Below are positions 34,983 to 46,967 of a stretch of 64,000 nt of DNA, in pieces. The notes beneath the pieces were generated by a model, which had not been told where the DNA came from, did no database searches, and worked only from the letters and a program-made list of their open reading frames with translations. Each line of letters opens with the position of its first letter. Position 1 is the stretch's first letter. This DNA is from Leucoraja ocellata (taxonomy: Eukaryota). Position numbers and translations under genes: made by a program. Location of the stretch: assembly GCA_036785375.1 (NCBI GenBank), contig JAWMAR010001270.1, forward strand, positions 124,001 to 188,000. The letters are read 5' to 3'.

Positions 34983-36270
34983 AGGGCCTGTCCCACTTAA
35001 GGGTCTGTCCCACTAACGCGACCTTTCAGCGACTGTCTTCGCCCTTCAAGCTCGAGGGCACTTTCCTGAACAACCTCGAGCTGGATTGACCGTCAGCGAT
35101 GAAACCGCGAGCTGGATCGACCGACCGCACATACACACATCGCAAAAGCGGGGGCCAGGGGACGCGGGGGTGGGGTGGGGGCGCAGTCTGAAATTCACAC
35201 CCGCGATGAACAGGAACGTAAAAGACGACGGCACAGTGTACGGTAAGTCCTTTAGCGAGCGCGGATGGGAGGGGGGGGGGGGGGGGTGATGGGGAGAGAG
35301 GGGGAGAGAAGGGGGGAGGGGGGGTGGAGACACTTTTACGAAGCCAGACAACTTTTAATAAAGTTTAGCGGGCATTTAACCTACCGGTCGGTTTTCCTTA
35401 GCCCAGAAAACGCCAATGAGCCAATTAAATTACCCGGTCAGCCAAGGAGATTGCCTATGGCTGCCCTCGACTGCCTATAACTACACAGCGACCCCATTCC
35501 ACTGCACTACGAGTTCAAAGGAACCATGGCGAAGACAAATTTTCAACATGCTGAAAATGTTTCCTCGACCAAACTGAGGCATGGTTCCAGAGACCTCCTA
35601 GGACCACGTGTCGACCATGCTGCGAGTTTGAGTCGAGGGCAAACTCTTCTAAACTCGCAGATTAGGTCGCCTCAGTGGGACTGCCCCTTTAGGCGACTTT
35701 TTTGGCGAGTGCAGGAGACTCTGTGCTCACCACATGGTCGCCACATATTCGCTGATGGTCTCTGGTGAGTCTCCTTGGGATGGGAGATTGCAACCTTCAC
35801 GTGGTCCGCCCTGTTTCGACGAATGCAATCAACCCAGCGTGCACAATCAAATAAGATCAAATAAAACAAGTTGTCATACAAAATGTTGCTGCGACCAAAA
35901 ATTGGTCGCCACGGAGAAAATCGATAATCCTGTGGTCCTAAAGGTGCAGTCGTAGTGGGGTTACCATATAGTTGTAGGTAGTCGAGGTAGTCGTAGGAAG
36001 TCTTAGTTAATCGCCTTTGCTGACCGGTCATTTTCATTGGCTCATTGGGGAAAACAAACATAAGCACGAATTTTCAGAACTAAAGATAACCCACCGGTAA
36101 TGTTAAATGCCCGGCGAACTTCACATCTGTGTATCTCTGGCTTATTAAACGTTGTATGGCTTCTTAAAAGTGTCTCCACTCCTTCTCCCCCATTCTCCCC
36201 CCTTCTCCCCTTCTCCCCGTATCCCCTTCTCCCCTCTTCTCCCCTCCCTACTGCCCCCTCTTTTAAAGTT
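34983..36270. mobile_element. Outer related MITE interrupted by the 35000-35688 element; right end not found
   Basis: agggcctgtcccac-tta-ggcgactttt is reconstituted when the inner element is removed. Confidence 0.6.
35000..35688. mobile_element. PIF/Harbinger-type MITE with TIRs and TTA target-site duplication
   Basis: TTA|AGGGTCTGTCCCACT ... AGTGGGACTGCCCCT|TTA; TIRs match at 13/15. Confidence 0.8.
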
Positions 36271-37576
36271 CTTTCGTTTGCACACACGTTTGATCATCTT
36301 ATGTTCCTTCACACGTCACCTTTTTTGATTCACGTTTTGTTATTCATCTTACCATAATAACTATTCTTTGTGTGTTGAAAATGTGAACCTGAAATAACTG
36401 AAAGGAAATACATTTACAAAGATGATTCTTGAACAATTATAACTTTTAAAAAGCTACGTCGCACATTGCATTGACCGGGAACAAACTCCATTGACTATAC
36501 ACCTTGCTCATGCTGCTCTTTTAAAATTTGGCATCACAAGTTGTCAAGTGCTCAAATCTCCAAGAATGCAACAATTTTAAGTTAGCAGTCATACTGTAAA
36601 GAATTCTATTTTTTGTCTCTGAAGTCTTTTGTGGTCTTGGACGTATTTCTCCTTTTCTTTGATAATCGATTCTATGTCTAACAATTCAAGCTTTTACTTT
36701 AATAAACTCGCATCGTCTTTTGTTTGCTGATGTGGTCCCCTTCTCTTCAGTAATCGGGTTTTGTAATGCACATTTGGCCCTTGAATACCTTTGCGCGAAA
36801 GTTGCTGTTGCAAATATCTGCGAATGTAACAGATTAATACTTGGGAGCAAGGAGCTAGTTAATTCCTGAATTTTAACAATGGAAAGAGATTATAACATTT
36901 TTGCTTATAGTCACATATGGCACCACGGAGAAAGGTAGCAGAGGAATGCACTATATATTGTAAGCGAAAAAGAATGCAATCAAAGATTCAGTTGACTATG
37001 GGTTTCCCTTTCTAAATTCCTTGTGTGAAGAATTAGACGATCCGAATCAATAGCGAAAAACTCTTAATGGTACGCCGCCCAATTGCCATCTAGTGGACGA
37101 TCAAATCCTTATCAACAACATCACTTGATGTAATGCATCTCATTTAAATGCTGCAATTGAGGCTTGGAGTTTTTGGCTGAAATGAAAGAAATTCGCAGCG
37201 GGACTAACTCAAAGGTCATCACACCCTCCTGCATTCAAGGTGGGATAATCTGTGACAGAAATATACGAGGCTGAATAGTTGACAGCACTGTCATCTTATG
37301 CTCCGGTAGGACAAAGTCTCAATTTGAGAATGAGGTAGAGGTAAATGGATTTCAATATGTGTTGTCCAAACGCGGTGCACCTACAATGGCTGGGAGAGAA
37401 ATCATTTTGGAGTAGGAAATCGAAGAAAACATATTTCCTAGATCATACTCGCTGAAACATAAATATACTCAAAATGCATCACGATGCCTTAGTCATGTGA
37501 TTTACGGCGTTGGTGTCACACGCTTCAGGCATTCTATGAAAACCTATTTCTTATGCACACCCTTCTATTTTGCAGT

Positions 37577-37631
37577 ATGCCGGTGAAAGCAATGGTTCGG
37601 TACATGGGTCTTCTTGCTTTGCTTTGTCAAG
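37577..37631 (+). CDS. Gene B leader exon, MPVKAMVRYMGLLALLCQ
   Basis: 55 nt like the gene A leader, shares MxVK...LL...Q, donor G|gtatgc. Confidence 0.85.
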
Positions 37632-40600
37632 GTATGCTTAGTTTCTGTACCGATTTCGCTAAGCAAATCATATTTGACAATATTTTACACTAGTATGCCA
37701 CAGTAAATTAAATTTACAACGTTTCTACAATTGGCTAACCATTATTTCCTAATTGTTTTGTATTTGTGTATCCATTGGCTCTTTTTCTTGGTGCTGTATG
37801 TACAAATGTTTTCATCATATTTACTTATTTCTGCCACTGACAAAAGCAACTTCGAGCAAAGTGGAACAATTCCCCGCAATCCTGAAGGTCCCCAGGGGCA
37901 GAAATGAGACCATGTTCTGCAAATTTCCAATATTAAGAGAAACCGCTGACGTTTCATGGTGGAGAGAGGGCGAGAAGACATTTATAGAATCGGACAACAG
38001 AAAACAATTCAAAGTAGGCAAGGGAAGGAGCACATTTACTTTATTGAATGTGAGTGTCGATGACTTCGGGATGTATTACTGTCGAGTGAAACATCAACTG
38101 CAACTTATCGGCAATGGAACTGGCTCCCAGCTAATTGTGTTAAGTAAGTGTCTTTGTTACGAGTAGTGGGGTATGTTCTTCTGTTGCAATGTTACTAAAG
38201 CTTCCTGGTTGTGGAAATATTAATCTTAACTAGCTCTATAATTTTAATAGTTACTTCCGAGATGGAAATCTGAAATAAAGGGAAAATACTGAAAAATATT
38301 CCACCCGTCGGTCAATATACGTTCAGCGAGAGTTCTGTTATAGTTTTGTTTTATTTACTCCGGGTTATGTTAAAAAGTCATAGTGACGTTACCCTGGTTA
38401 TTGCTCTTGTAAATTGGCAGGTCACTTTATATTTTGACCTCCAGCTTTTCAAATACCCAACCAAATTCACGTTACTCCGAATTTCCAGAAAGTTGCAAAT
38501 TTCCCACGCCGACAAACTTTCACATCAACTAAAAACGGAGGAGAAATTGATCTCACAGTTTTGAGGTGGATAATTTTGTTTTCACATTCACTGTCTCCAG
38601 GAAAGTTCATGGAATGAAAAAAGAAAAAACAGAACTACAACTGAAATTCTCCGATATTATTTCTTTGCTTGGTAATTAATTATATGGCACAGGGAGTAAA
38701 ATGTACTATATCTTTATTAATTAATAATTATAGTACAATGAGATGTTATTACACAAATGAAGGAAAATAAATATGCTTAAACAGAAACGAGGTGATTACG
38801 CAATTAATTGCCAAAAAAAGGTACAATTAACTCTCCCGCTCGCTAAATATTACTGACAGTGGCTCCAGCACAAATGGAACCATGGTCGTTAATGTCTTGT
38901 TAATAAAATATATGAAATGAGAAACAGAGTTTGCTCCGTTCATCCTTGCGTGCTTTTCGAGAAAAGCAGTTGTCGCCGATGTACTTCTGCCATTCAGTGC
39001 AGTCCATTTTCTGTAACTACCATATGCACATAAGAAAGAGAAAATGTTCAGAAGAAATGCGTGATTTTGAATTCAACATAAAGCACTGTCACGGAATCTT
39101 ACCAAGCAATGGTCACATTCCTTCATAATAATCGCGCTAGGCAGCACTCCATTCATGCTTTGTTTCAATTACACTACTTACCTTGATATCCTCCGTAAAA
39201 TAATGTATAACAAAATTATAAACTCAAGAAACAACCACACGGATAACAGGAGGCAGCAGCAACGGTTCAGCGACAATTGTGTTCATTGAAATAAAATATA
39301 TTTTGCAGCTTCACGCTTTTTTTTTATTGTTCCAGCTCCCCCAACTCCATTGAAAATCGTTGCTATTGAAGGAAGTGCACCGCATTTGCCGCAACTCGTG
39401 TGTAAAACGGCTGCGTTTTATCCAATGGAATTAGACGTAATCTGGCAAAGAAACAACGTGGAAATTTTGACCGGCATTGAAACCGTGAGAAACAGAACAG
39501 CGGATGGACTTTATGAGGCTTCCAGTTTTTTGCACGACACGCAGCCTGCGCCAGGCAAAACTGTTTACACCTGCCTGGTATCCCACGTATCTCTTACAGC
39601 CCCTGCCAGTTTCAGCTACATTGTCGAGCAAGGTAAGCCGGGAGGCATTTAACGCAGACCCCAGCCTGCCGAGAAATACAATCCGAACAAGTCAAGTCAA
39701 GTCACATTTATTTATCTAGCACATTTAAAAAAACAACTCTCGTTTGCCAAAGTGCTTTACATTTGTTATAAGAATAGTATAAACAAGCAAACTACATAAT
39801 AGATACATATAGCCCGCGCTCAGTGGACGTCAGGAAAGACTTGGGAGTATAGATAAGTTTTATGTCTTGACTTAAAGGAGTCGATGGAGGGGCAGTTCTG
39901 ATGGGAAGGGGGTAGTTGTTCCACAGTCTAGGAGCTGCAACCGCAAAGGCGCGGTTGCCCCTAAACTTATGCCTAGACCGCGAGATATTCAGCAACCCCA
40001 AGTCGGCCGATCAGAGGGACCTGGAGGCGGAGTGGTGGGTGAGAAGACTTTTAATGTAGGAGGGGGCAAGCCCATTGAGGGCTTTGTAGACATAGAAGAG
40101 GGTCTTGAAATGTATACGGAATCGCACAGGGAGCCAATGGAGAGAGGCCAGGATCGGGGTGATGTGGTCCCTTTTTCGGCTGCTCGTCAGGAGTCTCGCT
40201 GCGGCGTTTTGGACCAGTTGCAGGCGGGACAGGGAAGATTGGCTGATCAGTGTAAAGGGAGTTGCAGTAATCTAGGCGGGAGGAGATAAATGTGTGGATG
40301 ATCTATTCGAGGTCATCAAAGTGGAAGAATTGTTTTATTTTAGCTATCGTCCGAAGCTGAAAGAAGCTAGCTTTTACCACGGCATTGACATGTTTGTCAA
40401 ATTTCAGTGCTGAGTCAAATATCACGCCGAGGTTTTTGACTGAGGTTTGAGTAGTTTGGTAAGGCTTCCAAGGCTGCCTGCTATCATTTTGATTGTCGGA
40501 GGGGCCGAGAAGGATTACCTCAGACTTACTCTCATTTAGTTGGAGGAAGTTCTGGGCCACCCAGCACTTTATATCCTCGAGGTTGCGGGTGAGGTTAAGC

Positions 40601-43600
40601 AGATTTGATTGTTTTTTGGGCTTCAGGGGGAGATAGAGTGTGTATCGTCTGCGAACAAGGGTCTAGATCCGATTCCTTTACCCCAGAGATGTTGCCTGTC
40701 CCGCTGAGTTACTCCAGCTTTTTTTGTGTCTATTTTCTAATACAATTAGATAGTTGTGCAAACACAAAAATCCAGTTCCTTTTCATATTTACTGGAACCT
40801 GTGGCGGCGGGTCCAGGGTGTCAGACCCAGAATATAAAATGCATTCTGACTTTGTAAACTGTTGTCAAAGTACCGGGCGTAGTTTTGTAAAATAAAAATT
40901 AACCCACATCTTAACATAATAACCAAACCTCAGCAAAGAGCCGCCGTATAATGTGATCTGTTCTATAAATTCGTCATTACAGTACAATGCGTGCCATGTG
41001 GCAGTCATAAAATCTTTGTGCAGAAATTATTGAAGCAGCGGTGAATTTCGTGGGCGAAGCTTGGCGCTTCGTTGTGCTTATGGCTGGCAGAACAGGGAAA
41101 TTCAGCCGATAGTATGAAATAAATGAACTTTGTACCTTCATTTATTGATCAGGGGTATTTTGAACTTGGGGCCAAAGTACTGCGTTGTAAACATAAATAA
41201 AATCCTTTTATCTTAATAAGCAAACCTCTTTACAATCTGCCGCAGTGTGTGTGATTTGTTCGTTCGGTACATTCCAATATTACCTTACAATTCATGGGCA
41301 ATGGAGGACCCGGCGTGGGGAGACCGCCGTGAGGCAGGGGGGAGGGAGGAGAACAACTGGGGACCTGGAGCGGGGGTACTTTGTATGCGCCCTTTATGGG
41401 CGACTATTTGCGTACCCTGGGTAGGCAAGCAAAGAATTTCACTGTGACGTGTCACATGTGACGACGAAGTATTGAATCTGGTATTTATTGCATATTTTAT
41501 GCAGGGAGGGTGGATAGATACCTTAAAATGCACTGCTTTTTTGTCTCCCTATTCCTGAATATGTGTTCCTATGGTTCACAGTTTCTTATGTTTCGCCAGA
41601 TCCAGAAACCACTGACAAAACACAAATTATTGGATGTGTAGTGGGCGGACTAGTAATTGTGATTCTGATCATATTTTTCACAAGATTCGGATTAAAGGCG
41701 CAACCGGGTAAGAACGTTGCATATTTGACCAAGTACTGCAATGTATCGGTTCTGTTCATTGATCAGAGACAGGATACATTCTATTGCAGCGCGAAACACG
41801 ATTTCAATGTTATTTACTGCTTGAAAATTGATAATAGCCGTCTATCTTTCAAGAGAGAACTAGATAGGGCTCTTCAAGAGAGAGCTAGATAGGGCTCTTC
41901 AAGAGAGAGCTAGATAGGGCTCTTAAAGATAGCGGAGTTAGGGGATATGGGGAGAAGGCAGGCACCGGGGTACTGATTGTGGATGATCAGCCATGATCAC
42001 ATTGAATGGCGGTGCTGGCTCGAAGGGCCGAATGGCCTACTCCTGCACCTATTGTCTATTGTCTATTTTCTATTGTCAGTCAAACACTGAATCTGAATAG
42101 AAAATTATTTCATCTGCCCCACACCTCCCTGGCATCACATATAACCCTTAAAGGTTCCTTCCAGTTTCAACTATTTGGTCAAACAAGGAAATGCAGGAAG
42201 CATTTTAAACGAGTTCTACGTCAGATTAGAAATACAGCTGCGTAGTTGTTCAAACACGAGAGATAGAAGTGTGAATTGTATTATTTGTGATGAAAGACCA
42301 ACGTGCAAGCAGCTCAAAAACTAATACCTCATTCAATGCATCCCGACTGAGATGAATTAACAACCTGAATTTATGTGCGGCTTATTTCATGGTAAACAAT
42401 CGTGAGTATATAGGACTGCGCGGCCAGATTCGGCTCAATATCCATCTACAAATTTGTAGACGACACCACGGTTGTGGGCCGGATCGCAGACAGTGGCATG
42501 TGCGTGTGTCCCTAGTTCTCGAATTCACTCTTAACCCCCTCTTTTACATCACCCATTGCTAAAATACGTCGTTACATCTTCACGGTATCTGCACGTATGT
42601 CCTATTATGTGGATCGATGACAAATTATACTGTTCAATGCTTCTGTTTTTTTTTTAAACTGATGTCTATTGCCTAGTGTAACAATATGAAAAAATAAATC
42701 TCTTCTTAACCTTAATCAATTATCCCCTACAGAAAGAGCTACTTTGTAAAGTGACGCGTTTGCTTGATAATTAAAACATTAACCCATAAGTGTTGCAATA
42801 TGTATTTCCTACATTATTTTTTGGTGGGTTGGAGCGTTACTTTTCAATGCTCTGCCTTATTAGCTTTTACTCCCTGTATAATTAATATGTCTTACGGTTT
42901 CTTATTTTTCACCTAATCCAGAAAGTACCTATAAAAGACTGATTCTCACACGTGCAGTGGGCGGGTTGGTAATTTTACTTTCGATTATAATTTTGACCAG
43001 ATTAGCATGGACGGCACAACATGGTAAGAACCTTGGATTGTTCAGTTATTTCAATTGTATTTCTAGAAAAGAGAAAATATGCGTTTTTATTCGGAATTAA
43101 ACAGAACATCCATAGTACCTTGGAGTGTTCAGTTATTTCAATTGTATTCCTAGAAAAGAGAAAATATGCGTTTTTATTCGGAATTAAAGAGAACGTCCAT
43201 AGTATTTACATATTTTACAGTTGGCTATACCAGTGTAACTGCGCCTTAAAATGCAATGATTTCAACTTTCCATTCGATGTATTCACTCCTCCCCTGAACC
43301 AATGCTTTTTGAACACCTGTGTTTATTCACCGAAATGTATCCCTCGTGAAAAACGAGAGGAAACTGAGTGTCCGCGAGCAAAGTAACCAATTTCAATCTG
43401 TCCAAATGGCCATGCCGGCTAATTGCAACAACCTGTGATCCGACTGACAAATGGAAGTGTATCACTAAATTCAGAATGGGAATTTACACCATGGCCTTGA
43501 CAGATGAAACTGGTTGCCAGCGATCAAACACAAATACATCAAAACGGCTCTGTGCAATATTAGTACTTCACATGGATAGTATCCTATGTGTTTAAGAATT

Positions 43601-44168
43601 TAACGAATCTCTTAATCTGGTCTACAATGTCGCCTGTTTGACGTTTGTTCCTTCTCCTTATGACCCCGTGGATTTATTCCGGGTGTTCCTGCTTTCTAGC
43701 ACATCTCAAAGATGTGTGGAATGGCGGGATAATTATCCCCTGTTAAATGCTCATCTGGTAGAGGACTTCTAAAGTTTGGGGGCGCAGGGGAGGTTAATGA
43801 CAATATGAAGAGAATAAAGTAGAATTTGGGTTAATGGGAGTTTGACGGTCGGCGCAGACTTGGATCCGCGTAACTACGACATAGTTCTGTGGACCAAGAT
43901 CGGCTCATGTAAAAATCGAGAAAAATATTGATATAAAATCCATATAACCTTTCTGCAAACTAAAATGTATAATTGTTGAGTACCTTAGAATGTTATTGGA
44001 AATAAAAACGATTGTTTTTACGATGGACTAATGGCCGATATGGAATTACTTCCACAGACTAAAGGAGGGGGAGCCAACAAGCTGTTCCGCATCTTCCCAA
44101 CTAATAACAAATCAACAACTAAGCAAAACGGCAAACACGCAAAGGTTTCAAAGAAAGCGAGAAGTTGA
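37577..44168 (+). CDS. Gene B: paralogous L-V(J)-C1-TM receptor with alternative TM exons and no intact tyrosine motif; 3' structure uncertain
   Basis: Exons 37577..37631, 37847..38143, 39336..39632, then TM1 41600..41707 and/or TM2 42922..43023, then a terminal-exon homolog from 44058. The ectodomain is fully open. Confidence 0.72.
37847..38143 (+). CDS. Gene B V-type exon with J-like end (IGNGTGSQLIVL)
   Basis: VEQFP...TMFC...VSWWRE...FTLLNVSVDDFGMYYC. Acceptor is aag| (weaker), donor A|gtaagt. Confidence 0.9.
39336..39632 (+). CDS. Gene B C1-set exon
   Basis: ttgttccag| acceptor, LVCKTAAFYP...W...YTCLVSHVSL, donor G|gtaagc. Confidence 0.93.
39688..40655 (-). mobile_element. L2-clade LINE fragment in the gene B C1-TM intron
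   Basis: Minus-strand FADDT, MAQNFLQLNESKSE...LGVIFDS and RAFAVAAPRLWN; (caagt)n tail. Confidence 0.88.
41600..41707 (+). CDS. Gene B TM exon 1 (DPETTDKTQIIGCVVGGLVIVILIIFFTRFGLKAQP), uncharged, GxxxG
   Basis: tttcgccag| acceptor, G|gtaaga donor, phase 1-1. Confidence 0.85.
42922..43023 (+). CDS. Gene B candidate TM exon 2 (ESTYKRLILTRAVGGLVILLSIIILTRLAWTAQH) with Arg in the hydrophobic segment
   Basis: Nucleotide paralog of TM1. The acceptor homologous to TM1's reads TA, but an in-frame ccag| lies 6 nt downstream. Donor G|gtaaga is intact. Could be a pseudo-exon. Confidence 0.55.
43030..43204 (+). repeat. ~88-bp tandem duplication just after the TM2 donor, specific to copy 2
   Basis: accttgga.tgttcagttatttc...tccatagt occurs twice here and once at ~1813-1899. 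Confidence 0.9.
44058..44168 (+). CDS. Gene B terminal-exon homolog lacking tyrosines (phase 0: TKGGGANKLFRIF...KARS*; phase 1: D*)
   Basis: Acceptor region and first 27 nt are homologous to the gene A terminal exon. Alignment breaks at the ITIM position. Confidence 0.55.
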   Translation, partial: TKGGGANKLFRIFPTNNKSTTKQNGKHAKVSKKARS

Positions 44169-46693
44169 GAAACAAAATACACTTCGTTTCTGTGGACTAT
44201 AAGGAATTACGGGTTTGAAGTATTGTTCCTTTGTATCTACTGCATGCAGTCAAAACAACGATGGAGGTCACAGATACAGGAGAGGATAGTGAAACGTTCG
44301 TTTTCACATTATGCATTATGATAAACTGCAGAAATTGTCGCTGAATATGTCAATTTACCGAGTGTTCAATGTCGAAAGCGATAGCAGTTTAAAGCGGATA
44401 GCAAAACTAAACACCTGCGCTAGTTTATTTAGGATGCTTTCATACAACCTTACAGATGGCGAGACTTCACGAACATTTCGCAACTCATTTCAAACCAAAT
44501 GCCAATTAATTACATTTTAAAATGAAATAACGTTCCATTCATTAAATCACTTGCTTTTGCAAATCAAGCCATGGTTTATAGTTCATCAGCTGTTATGAAA
44601 TGCGACGGCGTGGAGACAAACTACAGAAGGAACTTTGTCGCTGAACCGACAGAAGGCACATTGGAAGTCATAGCATTCAATACAGACGTTGGGAGGCCAT
44701 GGTACAGTAGCATAAGAAACACAGAAACATAGAAACATAGAAAATATGTGCAGGAGGAGGTCATTCGGCCCTTCAGGCCAGCACCGCCATTCATTGCGAT
44801 CATGGCTGATCGTCCCCAATCAATAACCCGTGCCTGCCTTCTCCCCACATCCCTTGATTCCACTAGTCACTGGCCACCATCTAACTCTCTCTTAAATCCA
44901 TCCAGTGATTTGGCCTCCACTGCCCCCTGTGGTAGGGAATTCCACAAATTCACAACTCTCTGAGTGAAACAGTGTTTTCTCACCTCAGTCTTAAATGGCC
45001 TCCCCTTTAAAACTGTGCCCCCTGGTTCTGGACTCGCCCAACACTGGGAACATTTTTCCTGCATCTAGCTCGACCAGTCCTTTTATAATTTTATATGTTT
45101 CTATAATACCTCCCTCTCACCCTTCTAATCTCCAGTGAATACCTCTTTTCAATCTTTCCTCATATGACAATCCGACCATCCCCGGGATCATCCTCGTGAA
45201 CCTACGCTGCACTGCCTCAATCACAAGGATGTCCTTCCTCAAATTAGCAGACCAAAACTGTACACAATACTCCAGATGTGGTCTTTCCAGAGCCCTATAC
45301 AACTGCAGAAGAACCTCTCTACTCCTATACTGAAATCCTCTTGTTATGGAGCTATAGCAGGGTGACCAAATCTTCCTATCGTTCTGTATTATTTTTAATA
45401 AGCGAGGCATTTAATAATACCGAGGTCCTGGGTCATTCGGGGATAAACATTCTCGCCAGCTGAGCTACTGTGTGTGTATGGACCTGCGTATTCATTTCAA
45501 TGAGATTTATAAATAAACTATACTAAGTGGGATCCGTTGGGTCCCTGTCACACAAGAGGCTTGGTTCCCCAACGCAATATTGCATCACTCACCCATAGCC
45601 CCCAACTGCACGGGCGCAGCTCATTTCCCCTCATCCCTAGCACTCTCGCCCCTCCCCTTCACCCTCCCTCTTCATTCCCATCTACTCATCCCCTCCACCA
45701 ACCCCTCCCCCTTCACCTCTCTCTCCCTCTCCTTTCCCCTACCCTCAGTCACTCCCTCCCTCCCTCCCTCCCTCCATAACTCCTCTCACTTCCCTAATCC
45801 CCTCCTCTCCCTCTATTTCCCCTCCTCCCCTACTCTCCCTCCTCACTTCTTCCCTTTCCTCCTACCGTCCCCCAAATCTTCCCTCGCCTCTCCCTTCCCC
45901 TACCATCAGTCACCCTCTCCCTCCCTCCATAACTCCCCCCCCCCCCCCCTCACCCACTCTCCCTCAACAGGTTCTCGAGGTTGCAGCTCCTCTCCCTTCT
46001 TATGAGCCCTGGAGGAGCATCAGCCGTCGGCGCCCTCAGAGCCAGGCCTCGGATCGGCCCGGAAGCACCAGCAGCTGTGCCTTTGTGCCAGCGTGTGGGG
46101 GGGGGGGGGGGGGGGGAGAGATCAGAGAAAAGACGGGGGAAGAGTCATGGGGGAGAGGGGGTATCACGGGGAAGGGGGCAGGGTCCAGCGAGGGACACGA
46201 GAGGGGAAGGGGCAGGAGCTGGGCGGCGTTGGGATGGTGGTATGTTTGGGACTCACAGTGGTCGCTGGACTTTCTCCTCCGCCGAGATCAGATTCACCAC
46301 TTTCCATTTGGCGACGTCTGCCATGCAGCGCCGCTTCCGGTCCCTCCGAAAATGGTGTCCGGTTGGAGACCTCCGTCGGCCACCCACGGCGTCCCTCAGC
46401 TCCAGTAAAGACGCGATGGCGCAGGAAGGGGTGGACCGTCCTGATGAGTGACAGGAAAAGAGACTATTTCCGCGCGGCGCTGACTGGCAGGAGAGGAGAT
46501 CGATCTGCGCCTGCGCAGTTTTAAATATTTTTATATCTCGCTAACGTTTACAATAGGACAATAGCACAGGACAACGGTGAGTAAGAAAAATCATAGCACT
46601 GTCCCGTACCACTTTTGCGCAAATAGAAAAACTAGGCAAACCACAAGAGCACAAGATCAGAGCTTTAGTTATGTACAGATAGAAGATGAATAG

Positions 46694-46967
46694 NNNNNNN
46701 NNNNNNNNNNNNNNNNNNNNNNNNNNNNNNNNNNNNNNNNNNNNNNNNNNNNNNNNNNNNNNNNNNNNNNNNNNNNNNNNNNNNNNNNNNNNNNNNNNNN
46801 NNNNNNNNNNNNNNNNNNNNNNNNNNNNNNNNNNNNNNNNNNNNNNNNNNNNNNNNNNNNNNNNNNNNNNNNNNNNNNNNNNNNNNNNNNNNNNNNNNNN
46901 NNNNNNNNNNNNNNNNNNNNNNNNNNNNNNNNNNNNNNNNNNNNNNNNNNNNNNNNNNNNNNNNNNN
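46694..46967. other. Assembly gap (N run)
   Basis: N bases. Confidence 1.
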
